A DNA stretch of 64,000 nt from Phoronis australis (lineage: Eukaryota; Animalia; Phoronida), in the NCBI GenBank assembly GCA_002633005.1, contig NMRA01000155.1, positions 241,844 through 305,843 of the forward strand, given 5' to 3'. Below, one piece after another: positions 40,665-54,929 of the stretch (the stretch's first letter is position 1; every line of letters starts with the position of its first letter). The notes below the pieces were generated by a model. It had not been told where the DNA came from and ran no database searches. It saw nothing but the letters and a program-made list of their open reading frames with translations. The position numbers were made by a program, and so were the translations under genes.

Positions 40665-41925
40665 AATCCAAAGAGATGTCACTCTATTTAAATGCATTAC
40701 ATTAAATTTTCTGACTTATTTGAACTCTCTAGTAAAGGTCTGTGTTGGAAAATGCTACATAAGACTTTTTCATTTCCAACAAATGGGTTCCTAATAGTAA
40801 TTAGATTTACCATAGGGAAGACTTTCATCTTGCCGACTTTCGAAAATAGTGGGCAGGTATCTCTTAATTTCTTAGCAGCACTTGTCTAAGATATAGTCGT
40901 GTTTCCCTCGAAGGAAAAAGCGTCTGTGTGCGTGATTTTTGGAGTGGACGCATTATTAGTTATTCTATAGTCATTTTAAGGTTATGTAGAACAATCCCCA
41001 TTGTTGCGTTGAAATATCTGGATAAAAGTAAGCAGTATTATTAAGTGGTGGTTGTGTGCAGCAAGCACTGTTTGTGACACCATGAGACTGATGGAGACTG
41101 AGCTAAGTGCCCATTCTTTTAGAAATTCGGTGCGCAATGTACTCCATTTTTAGTTCTACTAACCCAATAATAAACGCTTTTGTGGAGATTAAAATCGGGA
41201 AAGGTACCTTCATTTCGTACGGCCGTCAAAAAACCCATCTTCTTCATTCAGTATGTATGCCACGTCCTGGAGGAAACTCCAATGTCTTTATGCAAACATG
41301 GGTATTATATATTGTTTATTTTAGCCCTCCCTAGAAGTTAATGGGTGTTTTGAAAGACTTATCATTTTGATATGCATGTGTGTGCATGTAAAAATTGCAT
41401 TAATTTGCGCTTACTCTTTATTATCTCTTTTTGATCGTATTGATAAATCTGTTCATTCTTTCAAAGCCAGAGTTCTAAGTGGGGTGTTGGGTGCAGATTG
41501 TGACAACATGAACAGTTTTTTGTTATCTTTAAGTACAAAAGGTACATACAAAGCGCGGTTTGTTCTATTTAAACAACATCAAAACACGCAACAGGATTTT
41601 CAAGATCATTTGATTTCAACAAAGAAATCCGAAAACTTGCTTACTTGAAAATACAGCGAATGAACTAACTTCTTGTCGCCTTTGCTCGAGTTGCCAGTTC
41701 AATGATCGCCCTCTCGTGGCAACTAGGTCGGTTTGAGGCGCTCCATGTGCGGTGACCGTAAATAACCTATTCAACCAGAGGCTTTTGTTGCCTAATCTAT
41801 GGAACTGGGACTGAAAAGGTGTTGGTCCTGAAAGGTTTAAACACTGACATCTAGTGGTATACAACTATGCTTAGGTCAATGAGCTATACCAGTCATTGTT
41901 TAGGTAAACGGAGTGAATAGAGCGA

Positions 41926-41926
41926 N
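41926..41926. other. Single-N assembly junction between esterase-upstream sequence and a new PAN-upstream sequence
   Basis: agcgaNgctg. The left side matches ~46130-46410; the right side matches 39845 onward. Confidence 0.85.
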
Positions 41927-42333
41927 GCTGTAGAAGTGTAATATCTCTTGTACCCAAATGACTTGGAGATAATTAATAAACAATATTAAAATTACGTTTA
42001 CGGATGCTTTTATAAGACTTTGAATATGATTAACAAACTACGAAAGACCAATTTGGTTTTATCAAGAGACCATTTACATTTGTATGAGAGACTTTTTATC
42101 GATTTCTCAATCTGCCTGCCAGCACTCGAAAATTTTTGTATTCGTTTTGTGCGGGACAATTCGATTGTTCATTAGTATCACACATCGATATACACGATTG
42201 TACTTTTGTTTAAGTACCCATGTCCTTTACCAGTTCAGTAAGTACACATCGTGAGTTGTCTTGAAGTGGCCATGGTTATTGTTTAAAAGGTCGTGCAACA
42301 TTATAATGTCGCTTTTACAGGCAAAAATGCGTT

Positions 42334-43131
42334 GTGGTGTGTACAAAGATTTTTGTTGACTCAGTAAGCGCCAAGAGCATTGCTTGTATCTTTTTTGTCA
42401 TCGCGATATTTATGTGTTCGTGCCAAGGCAACGTTATGAAGGTACATGTAGAACATTTCAGGAAACTTCACGGTTCCGTTAACTTAGGAAATGCTCAGGT
42501 GTTCCGCGCTTATTCAGTTACGACATTATCAGAATGTGCGCTAGGCTGCATATCTGAAGATTGTAAGTCGTTCAATTATGATGGCCATGAAAAGATTCGC
42601 GAGCTATGCACATCAGTAGCCAATTCGACGTCACATTTGTCTCGGCGCACCGGTTTTAGTCATTGGCGAGCTGCCGCGGTTAATGAAGGGTTGGCCGAAG
42701 AATCACATACGCCCAACCCACTGCTGACTTCAAACAACACCTCAGGGTGCTGCACAATAAGCGATGACACTTTTCAGTCATCACCTATCATTTCTACGAC
42801 GACAATCGATATTGTTTCCATCACCAATGAACCAAAGACAAGAATCGCTGCGTATGCGACTGTTGAGCCCTCAACAACATACAATGAGTCTACATGTACC
42901 TACACTAAACCGACAACTGCTTCTGAGACGACACCTGCTGAGTCTGCACTTACCACCGCTAAATCGTCTCCTACTCAGTGGACAACCTTTTCTGGTTATG
43001 CTTCTACTGATCAACCAACACCAACTACCACTGAGTCGACAACTTCTTCTGATGATTCATCTGATGAGACGATACAAACTACCGTCGTAGCGACGTCATC
43101 AAAAACTTCCTCTCAAACTACGTCTACTTAG
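42334..43131 (+). pseudogene. PAN/apple-mucin protein copy 3, probably disabled
   Basis: The signal-peptide ATG is mutated (gcattgctt versus gcaatgctt), and the first in-frame ATG is at 42412. A PAN cysteine is lost (KIRELC versus KICELC). There is a premature GAG->TAG stop at 43129-43131, with a LINE inserted immediately downstream. Confidence 0.65.
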
Positions 43132-43158
43132 GTGATAACAACCATCACAGAAACTCCA

Positions 43159-45098
43159 AAACAGACATTGCCAACTATCGCCCCATAACTCTACTTAACA
43201 CCTTATCCAAAATTTTAGAAAAAAATCATTTCTCACCACATGTTTGACCACCTCTCTTCACAAAACCTCATATATCGTCGCCAATTTGGATTCATGCCTG
43301 GTAACAGCACTGTGTCGCAACTTACAGAAATTGTACACGACATCCACCTCCAGTTTGAGCAAGGGTACAACGTGAGATTCGTATTTTTAGACATTGCGTC
43401 AGCTTTTGATGTCATTCCCCATGACCTGCTTCTACATGTACATAAATTACAATCTTACGGTTTCTCAGGCACTCTCCTCTTACTTTTAAAATCATATCTG
43501 GAAAATCGAACTTACAAAATCCGAATTGAGGGTGTCTTATCACCTTCATCAACGCCAGGTTTCGTAAATGCTGGAGTGCCACAGGGTAGCGTACTAGGCT
43601 CCTTACTCTTTTTACTGTACATCAATGATCTTCCAGACACGATAAGCTCTAAAACATTTTTATATGCTGATGACACTGCAATTTTCCACCCATTCTCAAA
43701 AGAGCATCCCCATGACTCCTTACAATTGCAAACTGACCTTAACAAACTCTATGACTGGTCTCACAAATGGAAGATGAAATATAAACCTGAAAAAAGTGTT
43801 GATATTATATTTTCTAAGTCTAATAATACTCATTTCCAAACAAATCCAACACTGGAATTATCACTCAGTGGGAAAGTTATACCCAATAAGTTCACGCACA
43901 AACATCTTGGCTTGCTACTCGACCATAGGCTTACATTTACTCCTCATTGTCGCGAACTCATTTAAAAAGTTCAAAAATTAATTAATCCAATTAGAATTAT
44001 CTCTCGTAATCTCCACTCCTTGCATCTTGAAACTCTGTTCAAGTCTTTTGTACTTCCACATCTAGATTACTGTGACATAATCTACCAATCGGCAAACGCT
44101 GGCATACTTCTTCAATTAGAAAGACTACAATACTAAAAAGCTTTAGCCATAACCGGGGCAAACAAAGGGTCCAACACAATCAAGGTTCTAAATAGTCTTC
44201 ACTGGAGCAAACTATAGCAACCCGTCGTAAACTCCACCTGTCCATGTATACATTCAAAGTCTTAACCAACATAAGCAATTACTCTAACAAAATCCTCTTT
44301 GACTCCTACAAAAGACCAAGCACGAGAACAGGACTCCGGCAAAGCAATTTGTATACTATTCCAGCCTCCATCAGCCAAGCCTTCAGAAGATCAACGATAT
44401 TAACTTGACAACTGGAATTCCTTACCATTCAAAATAAAAGAAAGCACTTCAATCGTCACTCTCAAAAATAACTTTAAAATGCATACCACTACTCCAGACT
44501 TGCCAGTCCCATTGACATCATTCTAACTTCCCCGCAACCATGAAATAACCCTATACAGATCAAGATGTGGTCTATTCCTAAAGAACGAGAAATTTAGACA
44601 TAATTTTAATAATATTTCGCCTCTGTGTTCCTGTAGAGATACCCAGACATATCCTCATGTTTTCTTTGCTTGTGAGGTATGCAAGGAGGAGAGGGTACAG
44701 CTCTTCCAGGCACTCGAACAATACCCCAATGTTTATAAAAAATATTCTGAAGTTCCGCAATTGTACAACAAAATTAATTTCTTTCTATGTGGATGTCAAA
44801 AACTTAACTCAAACGAAAATAAGGTTTTATTTGAAATAGTATCAGAATTTCTTTATAACATTAAATCTCTTTGTGTGAGTGGATAGAATTTTATACATCT
44901 GTATGAAAAGGAATTATTTTCATTCGTTATCATATATCATTGTATTCTTAACATCAGTTTTTTTATTTATGTATCCGTATATAATCATTGTATATATACT
45001 TCTTTCTATTTTTTTTACCCAGATCTAATGCCTCTTGGCGCTTTCTGGGTTATGTATATTCATTGTATTCTGAAGATTTCGTAATAAACATTAAAAAA
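43159..45098 (+). mobile_element. 5'-truncated LINE (CR1/L2-like RT) with 15-bp target-site duplication
   Basis: RT motifs YRPITLL..LSKILEK, QFGF, FLDIASAFD, GVPQGSVLG, YINDLP, YADD, KHLG. AATAAA at 45083-45088 and a short A tail. TSD atcacagaaactcca at 43144-43158 and 45099-45113; the empty site is at ~18319-18333 in copy 1. Confidence 0.95.
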
Positions 45099-46520
45099 AT
45101 CACAGAAACTCCACTTTCAAAAGCTGATTTACTCGAGAATGTTGCAAGAGATTTGTGTTCTTTCAAATATTTGAAATTGAATTTAAAGGAATGAAATCCA
45201 AAGAGAAGTCACTCTATTTAAATGCATTACATTAACTTTTCTGACTTATTTGAACTCTCTAGTAAAGGTCTGTGTTGGGAAATGCTACATAAGATGTTTT
45301 CATTTCCAACAAATGGGCTCCTAGTAGTACTGAGATCTACCATAGAGAATACTTTCATCTTGTCTACTCTCGAAAATACTGGGCAGGTATCTCTTAATTT
45401 CTTAGCAGCACTTGTCTAAGATATAGTCCTGTTACCCTCGGAAGAAAAAACGTCTGTGTGCGTGATTTTTGGAGTGGACGCATTATTAGTTATTCTGTAG
45501 TCATTTTAAGGTTATGTAGAACAATCCCCATTGTTGCGTTGAAATATCTGGATAAAAGTAAGCAGTGTTATTAAGTGATGGTTGTGTGTACCAAGCACTG
45601 TTTGTGACACCATGAGACTGATGGAGACTGAGCTAAGTGCCCATTCTTTTAGAAATTCGGTGCGAAATGTACTCCATTTTAGTTCTACTAACCCAAAAAT
45701 GAACGCTTTTGTGGAGATTAAAATCGGGAAAGGTTCCTTCACTTCGTACGGCCGTCAAAAAACCCATGGCAGTATGTATGCCACTTCCCGGAGGAAACTC
45801 CAGTGTCTTTGTGCAATCATGGGTATTATATATTTGTTTATTTTAGCCCTCCCTAGAAGTTAATGGGTGTTTTGATAGACTTATCATTTTGATATGCATG
45901 TATGTGCATGTAAAAATTGCATTAATTTGCGCTTACTCTTTATTATCTCTTTTTGATAGTATTGATAAATCTATTCATCCTTTTAAAGCCAGAGTTCAAA
46001 GTAGGATGTTGGGTGCAGATTGTGACAACATGAATAGTTTTTTGTTATCTTTAAATGCACAAAAGGTACATACAAAGCGCTGTTTGTGCTATTTAAACAA
46101 CATCAAAACACGCAACAGGATTTTCAAAATCATTTGATTTCAACAAAGAAATCCAAATACGTGCTTGTTTGAAAATACAGCGAAAGAACTAACTCGTTGA
46201 CGCCTTTGCTCGAGTTGCAAGTTCAGTGACCCCCTTTCGTGGCAACTAGGACAGCTTGAGGCTCTCCGTGGTCAGTAACCTAGTCCACCAGAGGCTTTTG
46301 TTGCCTATTCTATTTGCGGAACGGGACTAAAAAGGTATTGGTCATGAAAGGTTTAAACACTGACATCTCGTGATATAAAAGTATGCTTAATGAATGGGGT
46401 GAATAAAGCGATTTCGCAATTCTTTGTACTGGTTCTTTAAAAGATAGACGACGTGACTGTCTCGACGCACATGCCTTCGCGAAAGTATTAGTGTGCACTA
46501 GCTGTATAACGAATTGTAGG

Positions 46521-49500
46521 ATGAGAATTATAGTATTTTCCGTGTCTTGTGCAGTCTTGTTTGTCGGAGTGTTAGGGGTAGACTCGGTAGTAAACGTGAA
46601 GGGTGGAAAATTGAAAGGTGAGTGGTCTCAAGCGGATGCAGTAACTCGATTTTTGGGTGTTCCTTATGCTTTACCACCAGTAGGGGAGCGCAGGTTTGCC
46701 CCTCCTCAGATGATGCAAAGTTGGGACATGGAGAAGGATTGCACATCATACAAACCCTCATGCCCTCAGCCATTGGAGATGTTCAATGATTCGCGATCGG
46801 GTTATTTAAGAACATACAACGTTTCATTTGACTTACCGACGATTAATGAAGATTGCTTGTACTTAAACATTTTTGTTCCTGGTGAGGTTCAAGGTAACAA
46901 ATCTTTGCCAGTTATGGTTCATTTCCAAGACGGTGGATTTCAAGTCGCACTTTCCGACGTGTTCGACGGTTCCAGCCTTGCAAGGGAAGGTGAAGTTATA
47001 GTTGTAACTTTCAGTTCCCGACTTGGTGCTCTTGGTTTCTATGGAGGGCACAATTTGGGACTTTGGGACCAGATCAATGTTTTGAAGTGGATGAATGACA
47101 ACATTGGCGCGTTCGGTGGTGATGCAAGCAGAGTGACTTTGTTTGGAGTTGGATCAGGAGCATACGCCGTTGGTCTCCATGTTCTATCCGCGGAAAGTAG
47201 AGGGTTGTTCAAAAGGGCAGTATCTCAAGGTACATCTGCCTACGATATGACCTTATTGAACTCAAATCCAGCAGCTGCAAATGATGCTTTCAACAAAGCA
47301 GTAATGTGTGAACACAAGGAAATGGGCGAACAGATGAAATGTTTAAGGTCGATGAAAGTTAAGGACATTCTTTCTGCGCAAGTAAATCTTGCATACCAGT
47401 ACTTGAATTTCATGCCAGCTGTTGATGGCAAAATACTACAGGACACACCACCGAAGATATTGGAAACGATGAAATTCAATGACGTCGACTACATGTTAGG
47501 TGTCAACAGTAACGGGGGATCTGCTAGTGTTTTTGACTTCTTCGCCCGTCTAAACACGGGTGCTGACGAAAATTACTTCAAGGCGTTCATAGACGGTGCT
47601 GCTTATGTTGCATCCCCGGCAAATTTTGCTGCTGCAAAGGCAGCTTTGTCGTATGAATACATGCCAGTGATGAAAGAAAATATGAACAGCAAGCAGTGGT
47701 TTCAGAAAACATTGGATATTTCTAGAGATGGTTACTTGAGTCAGATCAGAGGAGCTCAGTTGGTACACGCCGGGGCTGGGTTACACGTTTATGCCTACTA
47801 TTTTGACCAGTCTCCGCCGGTTTTAAGTGGCGTTCCAGTCGACGTGTTGGGTGTCCCTGCAGGTGTGGAGGAGTTGTTTTTATTTGGAGGTGTGCGTCAT
47901 GAATTCAGTAAACAACTGATGAAAACCTGGGCAAGTTTTGCTAAAACAGGGTGAGTACGGTGTACAAGCAGACATTGGTTAATGTAGCCTAAATTCATAG
48001 ACGCACTTAATCATGAGAACTCTTGAATGGCTGCCACAATTCCGCTTTTGTCAATCTTCAGCATTGGACGGAAAACGCCCTTAAATTTTCCTCATTTCTA
48101 ATTTTCCATTTCTGAAGTCAAATACGATGAGTTTTGCAAATTTTGCATTTTCTGTTTACAACAAATTTGTCGAAGTTTTTATGGTGTCAGTTTCATTGAA
48201 AGTACATGTAACTTTGTCAATAATTGTGACTTAAACTTACTAAATAAAGTTTCTTTCTCTAATAGTTGATGCATTTCGTATTAAAATATTCGGTAAAAAT
48301 TATTTTGGTTAAATAGTATGTAAATATATATTGATAAAGATCATAAACATTTGCCGCTGACGTGAGATACTTATTTCTAATCAGAAAAAGATGCTGAATT
48401 GTGAAACGTACACATGGTGTTCTTTGAATGATCAACTGCTCTTAAAAATATTAGTGACTGTGTATAAACAGGCTGTGACTAATTAAAATGATGGTTTTTA
48501 GCAAGCCCCTTTTAGAACTTAGTGACGGCACTACATTAGGCTGGCCACACTTTAACGCGACGAACCAGAAAATAGCACTTTTGCGAGCCGACGTTACAAA
48601 GACAAACGCTGTGATGGATTCTTTACCAGACGATTTGGAACGAAAAATTTCTTTCTGGGTTGAATTTCTACCCCAAGTAACAGCTCAAAGCGACGAGTGC
48701 CGCAACAAGACATCTTCGACAATGGAGCACGAACACCCTATGATTCATCTCAAGCAAGGTCACGTCCTTGGACGAAGTAGGATAGTTGCAGGTAATTTGG
48801 TAGATTTGCGCTTTTGGTTGCTCACCTGCTATACATCCTCGGGCGTTGGCTAAGGGAAGTACACTGTAACCCCGTAGGGTAAATTGTTTGTTGTCGAATT
48901 TCACCGTTAGCGCTCTGCAGGCAGTCTTGTGTTCCTCCTGCAGCGGGCGCTTTTCGTATCACGAAAAATACACATTTGCGAGAATAACAATGTATTTGAC
49001 GGGTGCAGCAATAACACTTCCTGAAGGTGTCTAATGTTATAAAAGTTTGTACGCAAAAACTGGTTGCATAATCAAAACCAAATGAATCTTGCGGGCTCGC
49101 AATATACATAAGCTCGCAAAGCACTGTGTGCATGAAACGGTGAAAAAAGTGATGAGACATCCTTGGTACAAGCCTGAGGGAAGATAATGAGAAACGAAAC
49201 CAGTGCCTTCCGGACGCTTTAAATAAGCTGGTGTTTAAGTGAATCAACATTTATCATAAACCAACATTGCCAAATTCGTTAATCGGTGGTCAAATTTGTT
49301 CACCGCACTCTGTGAAGGTTGATTACAAACACAGCTACATGTATGTTTGTTGACCGGTAAGCTCGCAGGTTAGGCTAAGTCCTTGATAAGTTGTTCTTAA
49401 GACGCTCACGCAGTAAACTCAAGGTGTTTAATCGGAATATCAAATGAGTGCGTTGAATAATGTCTCGTAACATGCCCAACGTGCCCTGGACAGCTTTTGT

Positions 49501-52500
49501 TATTCGAGCAATTGAGATGAGTTTTCCACAGTGAACCCCAAAACGTTTAATGAATTCAACTGTGTCTTGGGTAGTCTTTTATCAATATGGGGCCTTTTCC
49601 TATTGGCGCTGCTGCTCTTAAATAACACTCGTAAAAGAGTGACTTCTGATTAATCCCGACTCAGAATTGGTGGAAATTCAATTGTAAATAATAAACGATG
49701 GAACAAATTCTAGTGTCAGACACTCACATTGTTTGATGTTAAAGTTCACTATTTTATTTTAGCATTTTGATACCGGCTAGTATCGAAATTCGCCCGCTTT
49801 ATCAGCGGCAGCCACTGGCTTTGTTGTGGATTCATCTTCTCAACGGGAATTGTATGGAACTGGATGTTTTACACATCAACTGATATTTCAAAATGTTTGC
49901 ATTTTTTCGTAAAGCATTCGTACATCTCAGTCCAACAACAATAGAAATTTGACCTCATTATAATAGCAGGAAAGGTGTTAAACACTGTTTACCTGTATAC
50001 CTGTAGGTTGAAGCTTCCCGTCCACATTATAGGAGATCTGTAGGTGGTTATGAAGGCCTGTCCAGACTTGAACGCCGTCTGGCAGTTATTTCGATAGTCA
50101 GTTATAACATGTGTTTCAAAGAAGAGCGACAATAGATGACCTACAAGATACCTGCTTGCAGTTTGCTGCTAGTTGAACCCCAAGGCATATTCCCGACAAA
50201 TTTGTGAATTGCTTTATCTTCGGTTGCACGTGGGCAACACATGGCCATTTCATATTTAAAGCATTTTTGTAATAGAAATATCAATTAATCATTGTCAGTC
50301 CGATAAATCAATTTACATTTCTCACACAATAAACAGTAGATATGCTTGTGCATTTCAGGAAACCACTTTCCATACGAAGAATACCTGGACATCCCATACG
50401 CAGCGCCGCCTGTGGGAGACTTACGATTCCATCCTCCAAGGCCCCATCAAGGCTGGAAAGGCATTCTAAACAGAACAAGGGAGACAACTGGGGTGAAGAC
50501 GTGCCCACAAGCTACCTGGGAAAAGCTTCCGTTTGAGGTCATGGATGAAGACTGCTTAACGTTAGACATTTACGTGCCATACGGAGTTTCAAAAGTCAGG
50601 TAATTTACGTTCTAGGCCTAGCGGTGTGTGTTATACATATACCTGGAGACATAATATGAAATGTGTTAATATTTGACTTGAAAGCTGTTGACGTTTAAAC
50701 CGAATTTCCAGCCTCCACAAATCCACCGCCAGAATTTTTTTACTTTGCTTGACTTTTACCGATTGCTGTTTTCTTGATGATGATTTCCGGTCTACTCTCA
50801 AGAATTGGAAACTCATGGGATTCATGCTGGGAACTCTATGTCATCAACCATCGAACTCTTTTGTGTTGACAAAGAAAGGAAAAGTACTTACTCATGCGGC
50901 TCTCATTATTTTTTGTTATATATGAAGTTTCATGGCTTTGATCAGCCGGCATCAGTTGATCATCAGGCTAAATGGACTTTCATAGCAACCCCATTCGTCA
51001 TTTTTATGCCCCCACATATTTATATGTGGGTGCGTATCGTCGTCTCTTCCGGGCGTCTGGAGTTCGGCGACGTCCGCTGCAGTCTCTGTAAACCCCTTGA
51101 AGGATCTTCATGAGAATTGGTAGACGAATTCTTATGAAGCTGACATCAGAGGATTGCGGGTTGAAGACTAATCCAACTACTTGCCCTCTAATAGTAATTT
51201 TTCACATTTGCCTCTATGTCTTTGGAGTACCTAGGCGGTTGTTCATGAAATTTAGCAAATAGGTTTGTAATAAGGAAGTGGCAACGCTTTCCCGACTTGG
51301 ATCGGATATGACTTATTTGCGTCTTCTGGAGGCAATTTTAAATTTTTAGTACGGTTTTGACTCTCGCCTCTCTTTCCGTCAAGCCGCTCAAAAGATCGCT
51401 ATGAGACTGCTGATGACAAAGATTTTCGGATGGGTTCGACTACTCTGGTGACCCCCAGTGACAATGTTGTTTTTGTGTGTCTATGGCAGTACCTCATTAA
51501 TTCTTTGGAGGATCTTTGTGAAATTTGGCAGATGCTCCTATTAAGATCCTTACGGATGACGACAAATTCACACCAATTCGACTGCAAGTGTGTTCCCTAT
51601 TGGCAATTTTATCCATACCATTTTCGGAGGGATTCAAATATTCTGCGCCACCTAGTGGTCATGCTTATGATTTCGACTTCGTTTTTAGCTTCCGCCTCTT
51701 TATCCGCCAAACTGCTCAAAGGAGGATTATGAGTCGTAGCAGTTGTGATCTTGATGACGAGACCATGACTTACATGTACGTTCTCCGTATGTCTTACACC
51801 TATGGCGATCCCTATCGGTAATCATGTATTTTATGGCTGTAGCTCCCGATTCCTTCGCAGGATGGTTGTGAAATTTTGAGATATTTTCCTTTAGATGTGA
51901 CCCAGTTCTTCGATGCTTTTCTTTTTTCATGAAATTTGGCAAACACGTTTCTATTTCTAATATAAAGTTGGCACCACCTGTCCAATTTGGGATGGATTCA
52001 GGCATTGAAGACGCTAAAAATCATCACCCCTAGAAGCACAACGATTGCGGCACATTTCATTTCAACGTTCCGCGTTGCTGTTGTTGCTTTTGACAAATTG
52101 TAGCTTCGACGTTAATTTTTATCAAAATGACTTGCCAGGTTTTGATGGTCGGTAACATAGGTATATTGTTGGATACACATCAGAGCCAGCAGATAATAAG
52201 ATTAGTGGTCAGTCTCATAGTATTAATGCATCTAATCAACATCTCTGCAGGTATATGGCATTTCAACGCATTGTGTTGCTCTTGCATCAAATTTCTTTGC
52301 AGCAATTTCAGTATCTCCCAGATTTCATTTGCCAATTTCTGAAATTGTTCATGTAGCACTGCACTCCGTAATGTACGTTTTAAAGACGAATGCCACCCGA
52401 TTTAATTAGTCATTTTGACGTCTTAATCGGTCTTTATCCACACCGCCTCGCATACGGACGACCTTACCTTGCCAAGAGGTGTCGCGTTAACCTGTGAGGA

Positions 52501-54871
52501 AGGTGAGAAACGACGCTAGCGACGTCAGTGGTTCATATGCAGAGTGAATGCCGCTATGTTGCAGTGTATCGTTCCGGTTTGTACGAACTGAGCAGCCGCG
52601 TGGAAAGCGAGTATATCGTTTTTTTTTACTTCCTCGAGAGTCCGAAAATGCTTCGGAAGTAGCTCATGGTAGTGAAGAATGAAATGTACGCTGTAAATAG
52701 CAAGTATGAGGCCGTGAAACATCTCCGTGTCTGTGGCCTGCAGACGACGTCGACAGTATCTCACGAATGCCCGGCTTACCAAATAACTCCATACGTTCCG
52801 TTGTCTTAGCTTGTTCACGGCGCCTCTCTAGTATTTCTTTATCACTGTATTCCTGTTCGAATTGATAGCGTGTAAAACTTAACGATCCACCTGCGAAGTC
52901 GGGACTGATGAGCCGCTCTAGCTCGTCCTAAGTCGGGATTGAGAGTTGCCATGTTTGGCGTTTATTACTGAGCGTTCTGTTTCAAGATGAATTATTCTCA
53001 CCCTAACCAATACTTATATAAAACTGAAACAAAGTCTGTCTCATTAGATGCAATTTGTAATGCCTTTGCAGTGTCCGTGAGTGCACGAAATGATTTGAGA
53101 AGCCAGCAATGAATAAATCACTGCGTTACCGGCTTTAGGTGCAATAAAACTAATTGACGGGACACCGAGGCCGTGTGAGCTCATGCTAATTTAGTGTTTG
53201 CTGGCAGAAACTGTTGTGAAACAACTCGATTTCCATCCCACGACCAGGTGTTAGGGGAATCTTTATTTACATTTACATTACTCAAATAATGATTATCAAT
53301 GTAAAACTTCTGCCTTGGCGGTGCTGTGGCCAAAGCGGAACGAATTCGCGGCCCCCAACGAGTAACTGAAGTAGATTTGCAGTTTCGTGGCTAATTCACT
53401 AGTATAGTATTTTCTTGACTGGAAGTTTAGTTTCCACTGAACTTTGGCTGGTTTGTTCGTGACGTCTGATCAGTTTCCGAGCCACTGGTCGGGATAACGA
53501 GTCAATCCGGCCGGCCGCGACGGGCCTGATCGGGCTCCGAGCCACTGGCCAGGATAACAAGCGTTTTGTGTTTAGAACTCAGAAAATCACAAGTCTAAAC
53601 AACACAGATCTAGGTTATCCTGTCTGTATCTCACGGAAAATACTTCGAAATTATCTCCGAACACACCCCAAGCTCCTGTTACGGACCTTATTGGCCTGCC
53701 GAACTTTGTACATGTAGGCTACGGTGTGTCCAAATACCAATAAATCCCGTAACAGTGAAATATAACAATACGTTTTTGTAAGAACTCGAAGCGATAAGCT
53801 GACACCAGTAATCCGTGTTGTGAACTGCTGAACAGAATGCATGTGAAACCGATGACGTAATTGGATAATTTCAACACCTCCGTCTGCCGTCAGGTGTCAG
53901 GTAACGCAACCGCACGTGTCGTTATGGAGTAGAACTACTCGATCTCAATTGATACAAATTAAGTTGTCTTTTGGGTGGCATGCTCCTTTAAATTCACTTT
54001 TGTTGCTCTTTCTAGTGAGTGGAATGTTGGGAAAATGAGCACTGTTTAAATCTTTGCCAGTTGTAGTGAATACAGTGGGCTCTTGGGAACGTCTTGTCTA
54101 TTTAATAACAATGTTTTACATGGAATGCTTGGATATGCAAAATTTCACTGGTTACCTGATCCTTTAATAGTCGTAGTCCCGTTCTTGGCAAAGACGATCG
54201 TTTTTTCTTGTAAGGAGTTATTGCAATCCAGGTAAATTCCACCTTAGTTCGATTTTGAGCATATTTTATCGAAGATCGTGCGCCCTTTCTCAGCAATGAC
54301 ACTTGTTGGTTGTGTTTTGTGATAGTGGAACGTTAGTGATCAAATTTGACATTTGTTTCTCTTAACATTAATCGACCACCAAAGTTTGAAAGGAACGCTT
54401 GTTACTTGCACAAATTTAAATGGATAATCTCTCAATCGCAAAGCATGTCTTTTCAACCACTTTCGTATAAATCACGACTTATTTCTCATTAATTTTGTTT
54501 TTGATTGCAGAGTAAATAAATTTCTGAAACTACTTCAAACTGCACAGTTTATGAATTTGATTTTAGCTTGTTAATAATGTATGCACAGGGTGGTCTTTGC
54601 TAAAGTTAGCGGTCTATTTCATTAAAAGAATTTTAATTCCGAAATTTAGTCTCCCGCTCCCAAGCTAAAGTTAGCGCATCACAGAAGTAAGAATTAATTA
54701 ATATAAAATGTCCCAGTAATTAGTAGTAATGAGTGTATTCTAAGATATTTTGTTCTTTTCCTGAAGCGGGTTTTGATTATTTTTCGGAAATAGTTATGCG
54801 GAGCCTAATACCAGATTTTTGACGTAAGCGTTCAGTCCCTTTTCAAGAAACAGAGAGTCCAGGCATCCTTA

Positions 54872-54929
<58 letters not shown>

